A stretch of DNA of 63,752 bases, counting the filler, from Octopus bimaculoides (taxonomy: Eukaryota), in assembly GCF_001194135.2 (NCBI RefSeq). It is 6 parts of 6 records of this genome, joined end to end, with 100 filler letters (N's around TTAATTAATTAA, not from the genome) between each part and the next. Parts side by side here need not be neighbours in the genome. Positions count along the whole stretch, not along the records: positions 11,661 to 42,878 come from NC_068982.1; 5 more parts are not named here. One strand, given 5' to 3'. Made by a program: the position numbers and the translations under genes. Within the stretch, counting starts at the first letter, position 1. Every line of letters begins with the position of its first letter. Below the pieces are notes generated by a model. The model did no database searches. It was not told the origin of the DNA and was given only the letters and a program-made list of their open reading frames with translations. Positions 12,250-25,865 of the stretch are shown piece after piece.

Positions 12250-12625
12250 GCAGTGTGCTGGTAGAAACGTTAGCACGCCAGGCGAAATGCTTCGCGGTAT
12301 TTCGTCTGCCGTTACGTTCTGAGTTCAAATTCCGCCGATGTCGACTTTGCCTTTCATCTTTTCGGGGTCAATAAATTAAGTACCAGTTACGCACTGGAGC
12401 CAATGTAATCGACATAATCCCTTTGTCTGTCCTTGTTTATTCCCTCTATGTTTAGCCCCTTGTGGGCAATAAAGAAATAAGAATCTTTAGTACGCCAACC
12501 AAAATTTTCTGGCGTGTTCGTCCGTTTTTATGTTCTGAGTTCAAATTCCGCCGAGGTCGGCTTTGCCTTTCATCTTTACGGGGTCGATAAGTACCAGTCA
12601 AGTACGGGAGTCTATGTAATCGACA
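12250..12625 (+). mobile_element. SINE-A tandem dimer (tail-1 copy followed by a second body)
   Basis: Tail ...GGCAATAAAGAAATAA joins directly to GAATCTTTAGTACGCC at 12481. Confidence 0.8.
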
Positions 12626-13717
12626 GGACCAAACTGTAATGAATGCTATAATGACCGAAGTGATTATGAAACTCAATTGCAAATATTTTCTTTTACTAAA
12701 TTGACCAGTTGACACAGAAGATAGGAACATCAAAATTTGTATTTTGGTATTCTTATCTTCTTTGATAGGGTATATAGTAGAAGACATTTGCTCAAGGTGC
12801 CACGTAGCGTGACTGAACTTGGAACTATGTGGTTGGGAAGCAAACTTCTTAACACCCGCCATGCCTGCGCCTATACGTACAGGAAGCAAATTCAAATACT
12901 GGATAAACCGACTTAAACTTTTCATTTCCTCCACCTTCGAAGTTAAATCATTAAATTTCAGTTCTGTATTGTTTAGTAGCCTTGTAGTTTTTTTTTTCTT
13001 TCTTTTGTCTCGAGTTCGAAACCTGCCAGAATAGTATTCTCCATTTAAAAACAAAACAATAATAATAATAATTATTAAGTAGATTAATGGCCATTCAACA
13101 AGTGTCGTCTAACATCTAAGTGCCAACTATCTCAATTGATCCATTACATATGAGACGACGGAGTTGTTAACAATGTTTTGCTTGGCAAAATTAATTGTCT
13201 GGGATTCCGCCAAGATTGACTTTGCATTTCATTCTTTCGGAGTCGATGAGATAAATACCAGCTGAGCACTGGAGTCGACGTAATCGACTTACCCACTCCC
13301 TCGAAATTGTTGCCTTGTGCCAAAATTTGAAATATGAAAAAAAGTAATTGCCTCGGAAATCCTATTTTAGTAGGATCATTCTTTTTAGACTTGATTAGTT
13401 GTCTTCTCACACATATCTTCTTGACGTAGCATGACAACCGAGCAAAGTTTATCTATCTCTTAATTGTCTGCGACTCAGTGTCTTAGTATTAAATGTGTGG
13501 GTGTGAAGCAGATGGAATATAAAGATATTGCATCAATATCTTTCCAAAAAGTATCGGCCACATTTGTTCTATGATATGAAATGGATCCAATTAGGAATCA
13601 AAACGGTCACTCCACAGAACAGCTTCGAAGTGTCAAAATGTCACTATTTTGTCTTGCATACAAAAGAATTTTTTCCATAATTTCTGAGCGCTGTTATATT
13701 CGACTATGTGTTAGGTA

Positions 13718-14560
13718 GTGAACTGGCCTGAACCGTTAGCATGTCAAACAAAATACTGAGCTGCATTTCATCCAGCTTCGCGTTCTGAGTTCAAGTACAC
13801 CGAGGTCAACTTTACCTTTCATCCTCTCGGGATTGAATATAACCGACTAGCCCCTTCGCCACAAATTTCAGACCTGGTGCCTATAGTAGAAATATTATAT
13901 GAAATATGATATTATTTACATTATTAAGGTGGTGAGCTGGCAGAATCGTTAGCACTCTGGACGAAATGCTTAGTGGTATTTCGTCTACCACTGCGTTCTG
14001 AGTTCAAATTCCGCCGAGGTTGACTTTGCCTTTCATCCTTTCGGGATCGATAGATTAAGTACCAGTTGCATAATGGAGTCGATCTAATCGGCTGGCACCC
14101 TCCCCAGAAATTTCAGGCCTTGTGCCTAGACTAGAAAAGATTATTTACATTATTAAGGCGGCGATCTGGCAGAATCGTTAGCACGCTGGACGAAATGCAT
14201 AGCGGTATTTCGTCTGCCGCTACGTTCTGAGTTCAAATTCCGCCGAGGTCGACTTCGCTTTTTATCTCTTCGTGGTCGATAAAATAAGTACCAGGTGAGT
14301 ACTGGGAGTCGATTTAATCAACAAGCCCCTCCCCAAAAAATTCCAGGCCTTGTGACTATAATAGAAAGGATTATTAAGGTGATGAGCTTGCAGGGTCATT
14401 TGTACATCCGGACAAAATGCAGAGTGGCTTTTCTTTCTGATTTCAAATACCAACCGACGTCAACTTTGCCTTTCATTCATTTGAGGATTAAACCCAATCG
14501 AGTAATAGGTTCGTTATAAATGATTTGTTCCTCCTCTCAATCTTGAGGCCTTGTGCTAAA
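13718..14560 (+). mobile_element. Head-to-tail array of four SINE-A copies
   Basis: Heads at about 13718, 13928, 14157 and 14378. A 17-bp direct repeat ATTATTTACATTATTAA lies at 13911-13927 and 14140-14156. Confidence 0.85.
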
Positions 14561-15317
14561 ATTTCAAAACATATTTGTCTGTGGCTATTAAGCATTTTTG
14601 TATCAAGGTTTCTTTCTTCTCTCACAAATAATCTGTCTATCTACTGACGAGGGGAAATTTCACCATCACCGCCATGAAAAAAAAATGAGCTTATTCGAAT
14701 TTCATTATCGATTATAGGTAGAGGGATGTCTGGGGGAGGGTCGGAAGTTTTAGATTTATTCATTACAATTGAAGCTTTCGTCAGAGTTAAATGATTACTG
14801 TAAAATGGCATGCGAATGGTTTGATGATTCGCTAGAAATGTATTTCATGTTCGCAATAATAATCGGTTACATTTCATATTTTTCTTTTTCTTCCTTCTGG
14901 CGTACATTATAAATTAATGGGGATAGTAATTTTAATGTCATACTGCAAAAATGCGTCTTAAATTTTGACATTTGACTTTGATCCTTATTCTACAAAAACA
15001 CATCGTGTGAGTGTATGAGTATGCGTTCATACAAACACATACATACATACATACATACACGCATACATACATGCATACATGCATGCATACATATAAATTG
15101 TAAGTACATATATATATATATATATAGGTATACACACACTCAAATATACACATATATATATGCAAGGTAACATATTTGTGTGTATGATTGCATCTATTAA
15201 AAAATAACTGTATGCAATCTCACTTCTCTTACTATATATACACAGATTCTATATGTGTATGTGTGCGTGCTCGTGTATGTGTGCGTGTACATACGTGCGT
15301 ACGTATATACTTGTATG

Positions 15318-15400
<83 letters not shown>

Positions 15401-15869
15401 ATTCTACATATATGTGTGTTTGTGAGTGTGTGTAAGTGCGTATATTGTTTACTGCCGAATGAAGTTAGTTTCGGAACCATCTACTCAGTTTCGGTTCCCA
15501 CTATTGCTATTTCATTAACTACAGATTTGCATCGATATGATCCAAACAAGAACGTATAATTTTGATTTCTGAAATTAATGATACTACACGAAGAAGGTTA
15601 CGAAACGGCTGTAATCATATGAAAATAATAAGAAAAAATAAATCTTCGCTATTTACACCTGCTGATTTTCATGCTTGCATTACGCTACACAGTAATTAAT
15701 TACAACCTAAACTGATAGCCGACTCCGTATGGGGAGCTAACTATGTGGGCCGCATAATTCTCTGATTCAATATTTTATATTGCTTTTTTATATCCATTCA
15801 TAAATACGCGGCTGGTGGGGCTGTGTGTATGTATGCATGTACGTATGTATGTATGTATGTATGTATATA

Positions 15870-15903
<34 letters not shown>

Positions 15904-16039
15904 CATGCATGCATAAGAGCCGGTATGGTTGTGCGGTTAAGAAGTTACACTGATGACCAAGCGGTATCGGTTCGATTCCGCTGCTCGGCATCTTAAGCGT
16001 GTATTTTCTATTGTCGCCATGTATATATATTTACACACA

Positions 16040-16050
16040 TATAGATAGAT

Positions 16051-16107
<57 letters not shown>

Positions 16108-16110
16108 TAC
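16040..16110. repeat. (TAGA)n microsatellite
   Basis: Directly visible. Confidence 0.95.
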
Positions 16111-16177
16111 ATATACAAATATACATATATGCATATGCATTTTTATATATAAATGTATGTATATTATATATATATAT

Positions 16178-16360
16178 CATTATCAGCATCAGCATCATCA
16201 ATATAGCATCTATTTTCCAATTTGGCATTGTCGAACTGTTTGACAGGATCTGGCAAGCCGGAGAGCTGCACCATCTCCAATCGTCTATTTTGGCATGGTT
16301 TCTATGGCTGGATGCCCTTCCTAACGCCTAACACTTTTTTTTTACGTGGTACCAGCACAG
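16178..16360 (-). mobile_element. Retroposon family D (RTE-associated), with (GAT)n tail abutting (TA)n
   Basis: GGCTGGATGCCCTTCCTAACGCC motif shared with copies at 57855 and 53740; (ATC)-like tail next to a TA run. Confidence 0.6.
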
Positions 16361-16375
16361 GTGCATTAAATACAC

Positions 16376-16472
<97 letters not shown>

Positions 16473-17499
16473 CGTGCGAATTTATTTTCACACCTCTTCA
16501 AACCGGTGTAAGCAGAAAACGATAAAACAATCACTTCACTAAAACGAGTATTAGACGAGGAGACGGTATAATCAACTAAGCACTTGAATGCAGTGTCCTA
16601 GAATGGCCGTAGACCAAATACTAAAATGACAGTAAATGAATAACAGAATATCTGTAGATAAAATACAAGACCCGTACGATCTTCATTAACATGCTACAAA
16701 TGGCGTTATAACGAAAGTATTTCAAATGAACGTCTGCTAAGAGAGCTAAAACCGTAACAGCTGAACGTCTGCTAAGAGAGTTGAAACCATAACCACTTGA
16801 GATTGAACTGATGACCTTCACATACAGCCTGATTTTTTTCTTTTTTTTTTTTGGTTCATTTTCACTTTGTTCTGCTTTTATTGCTTATTTCACAGACCAA
16901 TATCAGGTATTTTGTGTTTGAATTCAAACTGCGGATGATGGAAATGATAGATTTCCGGTCAAACAGCCGATATATGAGTGTTTTATATCCAATTGCCAGC
17001 ATGTTGTTTTACTCATAACCAAGATACTGAACTCTCCTACAACCGTGTCAACTTTAGCTTTAAGTTGATACCACCAAGTTCTAGAGTCCATTCGTGTAAG
17101 CAATGGCTGCAGTGCAAAACTGTTGAATAATTTGTATGTTTGCTGACTGCGATTTCTAGCTGGTCAAACGACTACGCAGAGCCTCACTCGTTTGTATAGT
17201 GTTCAGGAGAAGCAATGACACGTGAAGTTGTTTCCATATTATGTGTACTGTATGGTGACTGGCGGATGAAGTGTGTTTCAGTTAGTTGAATGGATATTTA
17301 TATAACTAATATAACCTGGAACCGTTTCGTTCTAAAGCTAACTGCACAGCTACACCTGATCTTATACATGTACACACACACACACACACACACACACATA
17401 CTCCTTAGATACGTGTGTGTGTATGTGTGTGTGCTTATGTATGTATGTATGTATGCATGCAAGCATGTTTGTATATAAATGTATAGTAATTAACTTCAT

Positions 17500-17580
17500 T
17501 AGCTGATAGCTGTTTCGGTTATAAGGAACCTAGCGACCAGGGTTGGGGGTAAGTGCGACATCTTATAGCTTCATTAGATC
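17500..17580 (-). ncRNA. Degenerate hammerhead motif with extended helix II (Penelope-like)
   Basis: Minus strand: CTAATGA (G>A from CTGATGA)-agctataag-loop of about 36 nt-cttataacc-GAAA-CAGCTA-TC. Helix II pairs at 7/9 positions; helix III is near-palindromic. Confidence 0.45.
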
Positions 17581-18319
17581 TGTTATATAAAGTGTTTCTT
17601 TTCTTAGATAATAGTATGTTAGTTATTTTTCCCTCCTGTAGGTTATTGAGAACTTCTCTCAATGACTTTACCATTCAATGTTCCCGACTCGCAGGTTATC
17701 TTTGTGTCTTCATCCGATCTTTTGCTCAGTTCCCTTAAGTTTATCACTGATATATACATCCGTTCATAATTTCCAGGATTATATTGATTCGGTGATTACT
17801 AAAATCGGATGCTGAATGTCAAAGAATAAAAGAAGGGGCTAAATTTCATGAAGCATTTTTAGTTCTTAGTTTAAGCCATTTAATTTAATTTCCAGCACTA
17901 ACGCCACCGAGCCAACAAGAACGGGAGGGCCTCCATGAGGTCGACCGACCTGCCAGAAATAGCTGGGTTATATGATCTTGATTATAAAAAGACAAAGTTA
18001 AGTCTGGTATGAGACAACAACAACTCCGCTAAAACCCTCGCAATTTCTCACCTTATGAAACGTCTTTAGTGTTCAATTAAATGCAGAGAATATTAACCAA
18101 TATTGTGTATTTCATACGAAATACTTTCTATACGCAAATTTATATGAAGGCAAGGTTTTAGAGATCATTGAATCATCGGGTGTTCAACTTTATGTAGTAT
18201 AAATCTTAGACTGGTGAGTATTTGACAAGTATGAAGTGTGCAGCTACCCACACTCATAAATTATTACTATATTGCTGTGGATATATGCGTCTTAGTAGAC
18301 TGAGCCATTTGAAGGATTT

Positions 18320-18580
18320 AGTATCAACAGCACTGATACAACACATCATTTGCAGGCAACAAAACACCAATCTTTCGATTTGCTGTTCATTATCATATTG
18401 AGAATAGAATTCGGTTTCTCCTACTCATACGTGTGCTACATAAACACCCTCCACATTCCTATATTTGCTATTTCGTGTGAACTTGTGAAAAGCCAGTTTC
18501 AGAAGTTTTCGATGGCGATTTCATATCTATTGACTAGACTCTGTAGAATGTCTTTCAGAATCTTGGTAACCAAAATATAA
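18320..18580 (-). pseudogene. Possible highly decayed non-LTR reverse transcriptase fragment
   Basis: With frameshifts it gives TFYRV (compare AFDRV), PILFNMIMN (compare SPxLFNxxM) and ANDV (compare YADD) in the expected order. Weak. Confidence 0.3.
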
Positions 18581-19322
18581 TTATCTGTATTAGCATCATT
18601 CTTTAGCTGCAAGTAGAAAACTCCACTCTGCCAGACATGATTCTTCTGCTTCAATTAATTACGGTATCTTAAAGCCAGTGTTTGTAACGATTTGTCGCAA
18701 TGAGAAATAACAGAGAGAAAATTTTAGTCGCTCAGGAAAAATAACGAGATTTTAAAAAATTACAAGGTTATGACTTTTCTTTTTTCCCCTGAGACATTAC
18801 TAACAGCATAAGAGAGGCAAAATTGTCTTCAAAGAAAAACTGAAGCCCAGTCACAGATTCAACCAATTCAAAAATCACAACACCAAGTATAAAGAGAATT
18901 TAATTAGCAACAGGATTAATATACGACGAGAATTGTCATAAACGCTAATGACTTCTCTTTTCATCAAGACAAAAAAATTTGAGTTGATTAATTATTCCTT
19001 TTTATGTCACTACATTTGTGTTACCCTGGAACTGACTAATCTACTCAAGGATCAGGCTGACTCTAGTGGTAGCAGTTTTGTTGAATATATACAAGCACTG
19101 TTTTATTTAGGTTTAAATCTGTAAATTTAAACATTCCAACTAATGTGTATTTAACTCTTGTTTATGTCCTTCTTATTTTTTCAGTTTTGCTTTTGTTTTG
19201 TTCCTGTTCTTGTGTGCTCAATTCTATTTTGTACATATTTTTTTCATTTCGAAGCCTTTAGCATTACTACTACAACTATTTTTGTATTTGAAACTATGTT
19301 TTATACGTATGGATACATATAT

Positions 19323-19336
19323 ACAGACAGACAGGC

Positions 19337-19405
<69 letters not shown>

Positions 19406-19470
19406 GGCAGACAGACAGACAGGCAGACAGACAGACAGGCAGACAGACAGAGAGATAGCTAGATAGATAG
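19323..19470. repeat. (AGAC)n/(AGAT)n microsatellite
   Basis: Directly visible. Confidence 0.95.
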
Positions 19471-20100
19471 AAACATACATATATAATAGATATTCATATA
19501 CANNNNNNNNNNNNNNNNNNNNNNNNNNNNNNNNNNNNNNNNNNNNNNNNNNNNNNNNNNNNNNNNNNNNNNNNNNNNNNNNNNNNNNNNNNNNNNNNNN
19601 NNNNNNNNNNNNNNNNNNNNNNNNNNNNNNNNNNNNNNNNNNNNNNNNNNNNNNNNNNNNNNNNNNNNNNNNNNNNNNNNNNNNNNNNNNNNNNNNNNNN
19701 NNNNNNNNNNNNNNNNNNNNNNNNNNNNNNNNNNNNNNNNNNNNNNNNNNNNNNNNNNNNNNNNNNNNNNNNNNNNNNNNNNNNNNNNNNNNNNNNNNNN
19801 NNNNNNNNNNNNNNNNNNNNNNNNNNNNNNNNNNNNNNNNNNNNNNNNNNNNNNNNNNNNNNNNNNNNNNNTATATATATATACATGTATTTATATGCAT
19901 ATTACTCAATACTTATTGAATTTTTGCAACGAAAATGTTGAAAGTGGCCTTGAGGTTTTGAACTGCTCACCTTGTTATATCCATGCGCGAGTATGAGAAT
20001 GTGATTGCGTGTTTATGTGTATGCCTTTCTCTCTATATATATGTGTGTGTATGTGTATACATATATATAAGTATAACATGTATGGCTCAGACAGGGAGAC

Positions 20101-20135
<35 letters not shown>

Positions 20136-20557
20136 GCTGTAAAAATATGGAACACCCATACATAATTGGCTTGTCGTCACCAATGTAGAAAATACAGGTG
20201 ATGAGGGACAAACTGGAGTGAATTATTTATTACAATTCTCTTTTATTTTCTATGTATAACCTAAAGAATAGACTTTCGCCGGCCTAAATGATATGATAAT
20301 CTAATATAAATATAGTTAAAGGGCAGGTTATTCAGTTTCGAAAATGTTTTCAGCGTGCATTTTTAAATAATACAGAAATCCATGCAAAGGAAACTAATGA
20401 TTTTCGTTTATAACAGAAAACGAAGCTGACTCAAACGTGCTATACACATGTTCTTGAAATAAGGCTGTTTTACGTGACACGTGTTATGTGAACGGAAACT
20501 ACTGCTGAGATAAAAGAAAGGAAACCTACATAAGTGGTTTGTAACCTGGTGGTTTGA

Positions 20558-20772
20558 CCCTTTAGTATTCAAACCTACCAAATAAGGCCCAAATATCCTA
20601 CCTGTTTTATCTTCAAACAGCTCAGGCTTCTCACACTTACCCGACAACGCCATTCTAAAATTAAACAATCGTATCATTGAAATCTGAAAGCTACAAGGTA
20701 ATGTATGATTAATTCAAAACAATGTGAAAAAGTAAACATTGCATTTGACAGAGTAATCTGAATGCTGAAGAG
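20558..20772. mobile_element. piggyBac-type MITE, inverted relative to the copy at 44058
   Basis: TTGA-CCCTTTAGTATT ... AATGCTGAAGAG-TTAA; interior similar to 44058-44278. Confidence 0.7.
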
Positions 20773-21371
20773 TTAATGTCCCGTTCAGCCTAAATGTGTC
20801 TTCTTGAAACTAGCCGAGACGTGTGTAAGAAGGACTGATTCTTTTCTGGTTAAACTTCCAAGAAAAAAAAAAACAGACCAGAGAGTTTGTTGTAGCTAAT
20901 TGTCTTTTAAGAAGATGAGAATAAGAGATGTTGGCGTTCCGCTCTGGTTGAATTCTATTTGAAGAGAGAGTGATCGAAGTGCTGGATCAGGTTGCGTTCT
21001 ACACAGCAATAAAAAGAGAGAAAAAGAGAAAGGAAACACTTACTCTAGAGTTAATTCTGTCGAGAGGAAAGTGTAAAAAAAGAAAAAAAAACCTTATTGT
21101 GATTGCATTCTATCGTAAAAAGAGGATGGAGCACTTGAATAACCGAATAAATAACCAGTGGCACATAGCAAAGTATTGCACTCTCGGTGGTTTAATAAAC
21201 TGGTGAGAAACTAAAACTTTGTTAAAACTGACTCTTCACACTCTTACATGAGAATGGCTGTATTGATTGATACACACACACACACCCACACACACACACC
21301 CACACACACACACATACGCTTGCACACATGCACACACACACATACGCACACATGCACAAACGTATATATAC

Positions 21372-21417
<46 letters not shown>

Positions 21418-21566
21418 ATGTATGTATATATGGATGCGTAGGCAAATGTTTATATATATATATATATGTTTATATATATATATATATAAATGCATAGGTC
21501 AATGTGTGTGTGTGTTAGTGTATGTGAGTGAACATGAGGATGCATAAATATTTATTCATACACGCG

Positions 21567-21617
<51 letters not shown>

Positions 21618-22068
21618 TTATAGAAACACCTACGTACGCACACGCCCACATTCACACAGATATATGTATGCATGTATGAATGTATTCATTTCCAGAGCGT
21701 GTGTGTGCATGGGCGTGTATTTATAAATGTTATGTATGCGTGCCAGAAACCAAGGGACGAATCTGTAACAGGAAAGCCTTAAGGCAAAGTATTCTGAAAT
21801 TAGAATTTGATAATAACATTTTAACGCCTACTTACCTTTCTTATCAAAAGAAATAATTGTTTTATTTTATTTTTGTTTGTTTTTCTGCTTTCATTTCTTC
21901 TGGAATGTTTCCCTTTGTATATATGTATGTGTGTGTGTGTGTACTTAAAAGTATTTCAGTCAATCGAAGGTGGTGTATTTTTCTGCAGATTTCAAATGAA
22001 AACCTTACTACGTCACTGTAAACACAGACATTCGAAGTAGGTAATGAAAGAAAGAAAAGCCCTCTCAC

Positions 22069-22104
<36 letters not shown>

Positions 22105-22439
22105 TATNNNNNNNNNNNNNNNNNNNNNNNNTATATATGTTCGTATGAGTGTGTGTGTGTGTACTGATAGATACATGCATGCATACATACATACATAGCA
22201 TACATACCATAAATACAGTCATACATATGTGTGCATGTCAATGTGTGTGTCAGTGTGTGCTTATATAAATATCTCTATACATATTTATTTTATACTTCGT
22301 GAGTGAGTCACTATTGAACTGTACTCTGAAGCTTTCCGGAGAGCGTAGGAAGTATTGAATGAATACGATTTTAATTTATTGTTATTTTTATCAGTTATTT
22401 TCTTGTTTTTGTTTACTTTTCTTATGCGAGAAACCTACG

Positions 22440-22755
22440 AACACCTTTACTACTTGGTTTCTGGCAAGCAAGGTCGTGAGTTCAATTCTCGGTGGCGCAT
22501 TGTTTCCTTCATGAGCAAGACACTTTATTTCACATTACTCCAGTCCACTCAGCTGGCAAAAATGAGTTGTACCTGTAATTCAAAGGGCCAGCCTTGTCAC
22601 ACTCTGTGTCACGCTGAATTTCCATGACAACTACGTGAAGGGTACGCGTGTCTGTTGAATGCTCATCGACATGTACGTTAAATTAAGGAGCAGGCTGTTC
22701 CGCTGACCGGATCTACTGGAACCCTTGTCGTTGTAAAGGACGGAGTGCCAGCTGA
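22440..22755 (+). mobile_element. tRNA-derived SINE family C
   Basis: B-box-like GGTCGTGAGTTCAATTC, core GAGCAAGACACTTTATTTCAC, and 3' module ending GACGGAGTGCC. Confidence 0.8.
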
Positions 22756-23010
22756 CTAAGTTAAATGGTATTTGGAAGCAAATAAGAGCGAGTTCCCACC
22801 TTGACCCTCACTTAACAACACAGGCTATCTTTGGTCTTGAGTTTGACTGAAAATACCTGTTAGTTTTGTTGCTTCTAAAACATATGCTCCCAGGTTCATT
22901 TCCATTGCGTGATACCTTGGACGACAGTCTTATACTAAAGCCCCAGGCATCTACTTCACGGAAAATGAAAGGAGCCTGACGAACGTGCGTGCGCGCGCGC
23001 GTGTGTGTGT

Positions 23011-23054
<44 letters not shown>

Positions 23055-23398
23055 NNNNNNNNNNNNNNNNNNNNNNNNNNNNNNNNNNNNNNNNNNNNNN
23101 NNNNNNNNNNNNNNNNNNNNNNNNNNNNNNNNNNNNNNNNNNNNNNNNNNNNNNNNNNNNNNNNNNNNNNNNNNNNNNNNNNNNNNNNNNNNNNNNNNNN
23201 NNNNNNNNNNNNNNNNNNNNNNNNNNNNNNNNNNNNNNNNNNNNNNNNNNNNNNNNNNNNNNNNNNNNNNNNNNNNNNNNNNNNNNNNNNNNNNNNNNNN
23301 NNNNNNNNNNNNNNNNNNNNNNNNNNNNNNNNNNNNNNNNNNNNNNNNNNNNNNNNNNNNNNNNNNNNNNNNNNNNNNNNNNNNNNNNNNNNNNNNNN

Positions 23399-23700
23399 GT
23401 GAGTGTTTATTGAGCGAAAACACCTAAGGCTCCACGAGGCTCCGGCAGGGGATGGTGGCGAACCCTGCTGTACTCTTTCACCCCAACTTTCTCTCACTCT
23501 TACTTCCTGTTGCTGTTGTGCCTGTAATTCAAAGGGTCAGCCTTGTCACACTGTGTCACGCTGAATATCCCCGAGAGCTACGTTAAGGGTACACGTGTCT
23601 GTGGAGTGCTCAGCCACTTACACGTGAATTTCACGAGCAGGTTGTTCCGTTGATCGGATCAACTGGAACCCTCGACGTCGCAAGCGACGGAGTGCCAACA
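23399..23700 (+). mobile_element. Chimeric SINE: family-F body with family-C 3' module
   Basis: TTGAGCGAAAACACCTAAGGCTCCACGAGGCTCCGGCAG matches the copy at 46900-46950; the 3' part (AATTCAAAGGGTCAGCC ... GACGGAGTGCC) matches family C. Confidence 0.7.
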
Positions 23701-24029
23701 ACAGATAGATAGATAGATAGATATTATAGTGAAAGTGGATCTAGAGAAATATGGAGAAGATAATGCGTAAACGAAATGCCGAACACCTCATTAAAGATAC
23801 ATCGCAATCAATATCTCAATCAAATTGTCGGTTTATCTCATGGCTGCATAATAACGAGTGTTTAAGTATTATTTTACGGCATGATATCCATAGCGATTTT
23901 TAGTTATAATTTATCTTGCTGCTGCTACTGCCACTGCTGCTGTTGGTTGATGATGATAATGATAATTGTGGGTTTCTTGTTTTGTCTTGCTTTTTTTTTT
24001 TAATTCTTTTTGGTCCTGAAAAACGTGAG

Positions 24030-24266
24030 TAATGGTTCTCATTTAGGATACATATGACCTCTGCGTGTTTATATAAGATTTTATATAAGATTTTGGTGGG
24101 GTTCACGCAGGTAAAATAGTAAATTAGGAGTCCATAAAAACAAAAATTTGAAAGAATTAGCAGTAAAATTAATTTTTAAACATCGAATGGCTAGCGTCGG
24201 GGTCTATCAAAATAGAATATTAATTAAAGGGGTTCATAGATTTTTTTTAATGGTTGAGAACCACTA
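24030..24266. mobile_element. hAT-type MITE, degenerate
   Basis: TAATGGTTCTCA ... TGGTTGAGAACCACTA termini. Related ends at about 26350 and 54559-54737. TSD not resolvable. Confidence 0.5.
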
Positions 24267-24289
24267 TATTAAAGATAGAATACGAAACG

Positions 24290-24552
24290 TGAATTTTATG
24301 CTGGCAGCTAGATATCCTAACAACTGGCCAGTAAAGACATCACTACGTAGTCGCTCAACTTACTAGAAAGAGCAGCCATTTTTTTTTTATCGCACCACAC
24401 TGGCTTTGAAAACAATGAGAAAAATATCTAAGATTATATTAATTTAGTACTAGCTGTACATTGCTTGATAAACGAAAGTCAAAATGTTCATGGCTGGAAT
24501 TCTCTTGATAAGTCTGTTCCATTAGAGCTGACCTGGGACTATACTACTACTA
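24290..24552 (+). mobile_element. Retroposon family E with (TAC/AAC)n tail
   Basis: GTCGCTCAACTTACTAGAAAGAGCAGCC core and ATGGCTGGAAT ... GCTGACCTGGGACTATACTAC tail. Related pieces at 17150, 17930, 34660-34850, 40740, 42990, 44600, 48770 and 58150. Confidence 0.55.
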
Positions 24553-25494
24553 CTTGCCGACAACAGCTCTCTACAGTGGGTACTAATTCAATTGATAAAT
24601 ACTACGTCATTACGATGTAACGTGATTGTACGTTGGCGTGTAGAGAAACTAATTATTGTCTTCGTCTCTTATCGTGTGAATCAACGTTAGAAACTCAACA
24701 TGACATAGTGTAAGGATAGCTGATTGATTCATTGATCTGTTTAACTTCAGTTCGTATGATGCGACTAGTGTACTTTTAAACAGCTTGTCAGCTGTCAGAG
24801 CTTGTTACTTATGGTTAGCATACAGCGGCGTTAATACAGTTCAGTCCATGCATTTAACACTAAATAATGTAGTCGTTACGTTAATATAATTGAATGGAGA
24901 CTTTATAGCTCTTTGACTTAGCCAAGCAAATAACATCACGGAATAAATTAACCGGATATATGTCTCATTAATCAGGAAAATATCTGCCCGTATCACTCCC
25001 GCTATACAGTTGAATAGCAGCTACATGAAACAAACGGGTACCTCAACATACTGTTAGTCTCTCTTAAACATTTTCAACACACATGCACACGGAGCTTATC
25101 TGGGATTAAACTATTATATCACTACTCTGAGTGTAAATGGTTTCATCACTATTTAATAGAGAATTAATAGCTATATAAACCATACATTGTAACTGCAGTT
25201 GAACATCTGATAACACTTGTTGAATTAAACATCATTCATAACACATAAAGAGTTTAACTTTATAATTATCATAGATACAAATATCTCGTCATACAAATTC
25301 TTCATTCTTGTTCTGCTAGTTTGGGAAACTGTGTTAGTCGTTATGTCAATACATCTACTATGCGAAAATATAAGTAGTAAGTCTGAAATATACATAAATA
25401 TGTATATTTCGGTTTTAAATCATAATTCTCGTAACAATAGCAATACTAAGTCTCTTTATTTGTCACCCGATCTTTTAGAGTCAAGCCTATCTTT

Positions 25495-25865
25495 TACCAT
25501 TGACTTGTTTCAGTCATTGGACTGCGGCCATGCTGGAGCAAGGCCTTGAAGAGTTTATAGTCGAACAAATCGACCCTCCCCCCCCCAGTACTCATCAGTT
25601 TCTAAACACGGCTACATATTCTATTGGTCTGTAAGTTATGGGGACGTAAACATACCAACACCGGCTTTCAAGCGATGAGGAGGACAAACACAAGTACAAA
25701 GACACACACACAAAACACACATATATAATGTGTGTGTGCATGTGTCTGTGTTTGTGTACGACGGGCTTCTTTCAGTTTCCGTCTTCAAAGTCCACTCACA
25801 AGGCTTTGGTAAATGACACTTGCCCACGGTGCCATGTTATGGGACTGAACCAGGAACCATGCAGT
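25495..25865 (-). mobile_element. SINE family B
   Basis: Tail, internal CA/TG tract and core on the reverse strand. Confidence 0.8.

Noticed and set aside
17580-17800. Possible GIY-YIG remnant upstream of the 17.5-kb hammerhead
   Set aside because: Only scattered residues (YI, HK, RKE..YI) across stops; insufficient without an HMM search.
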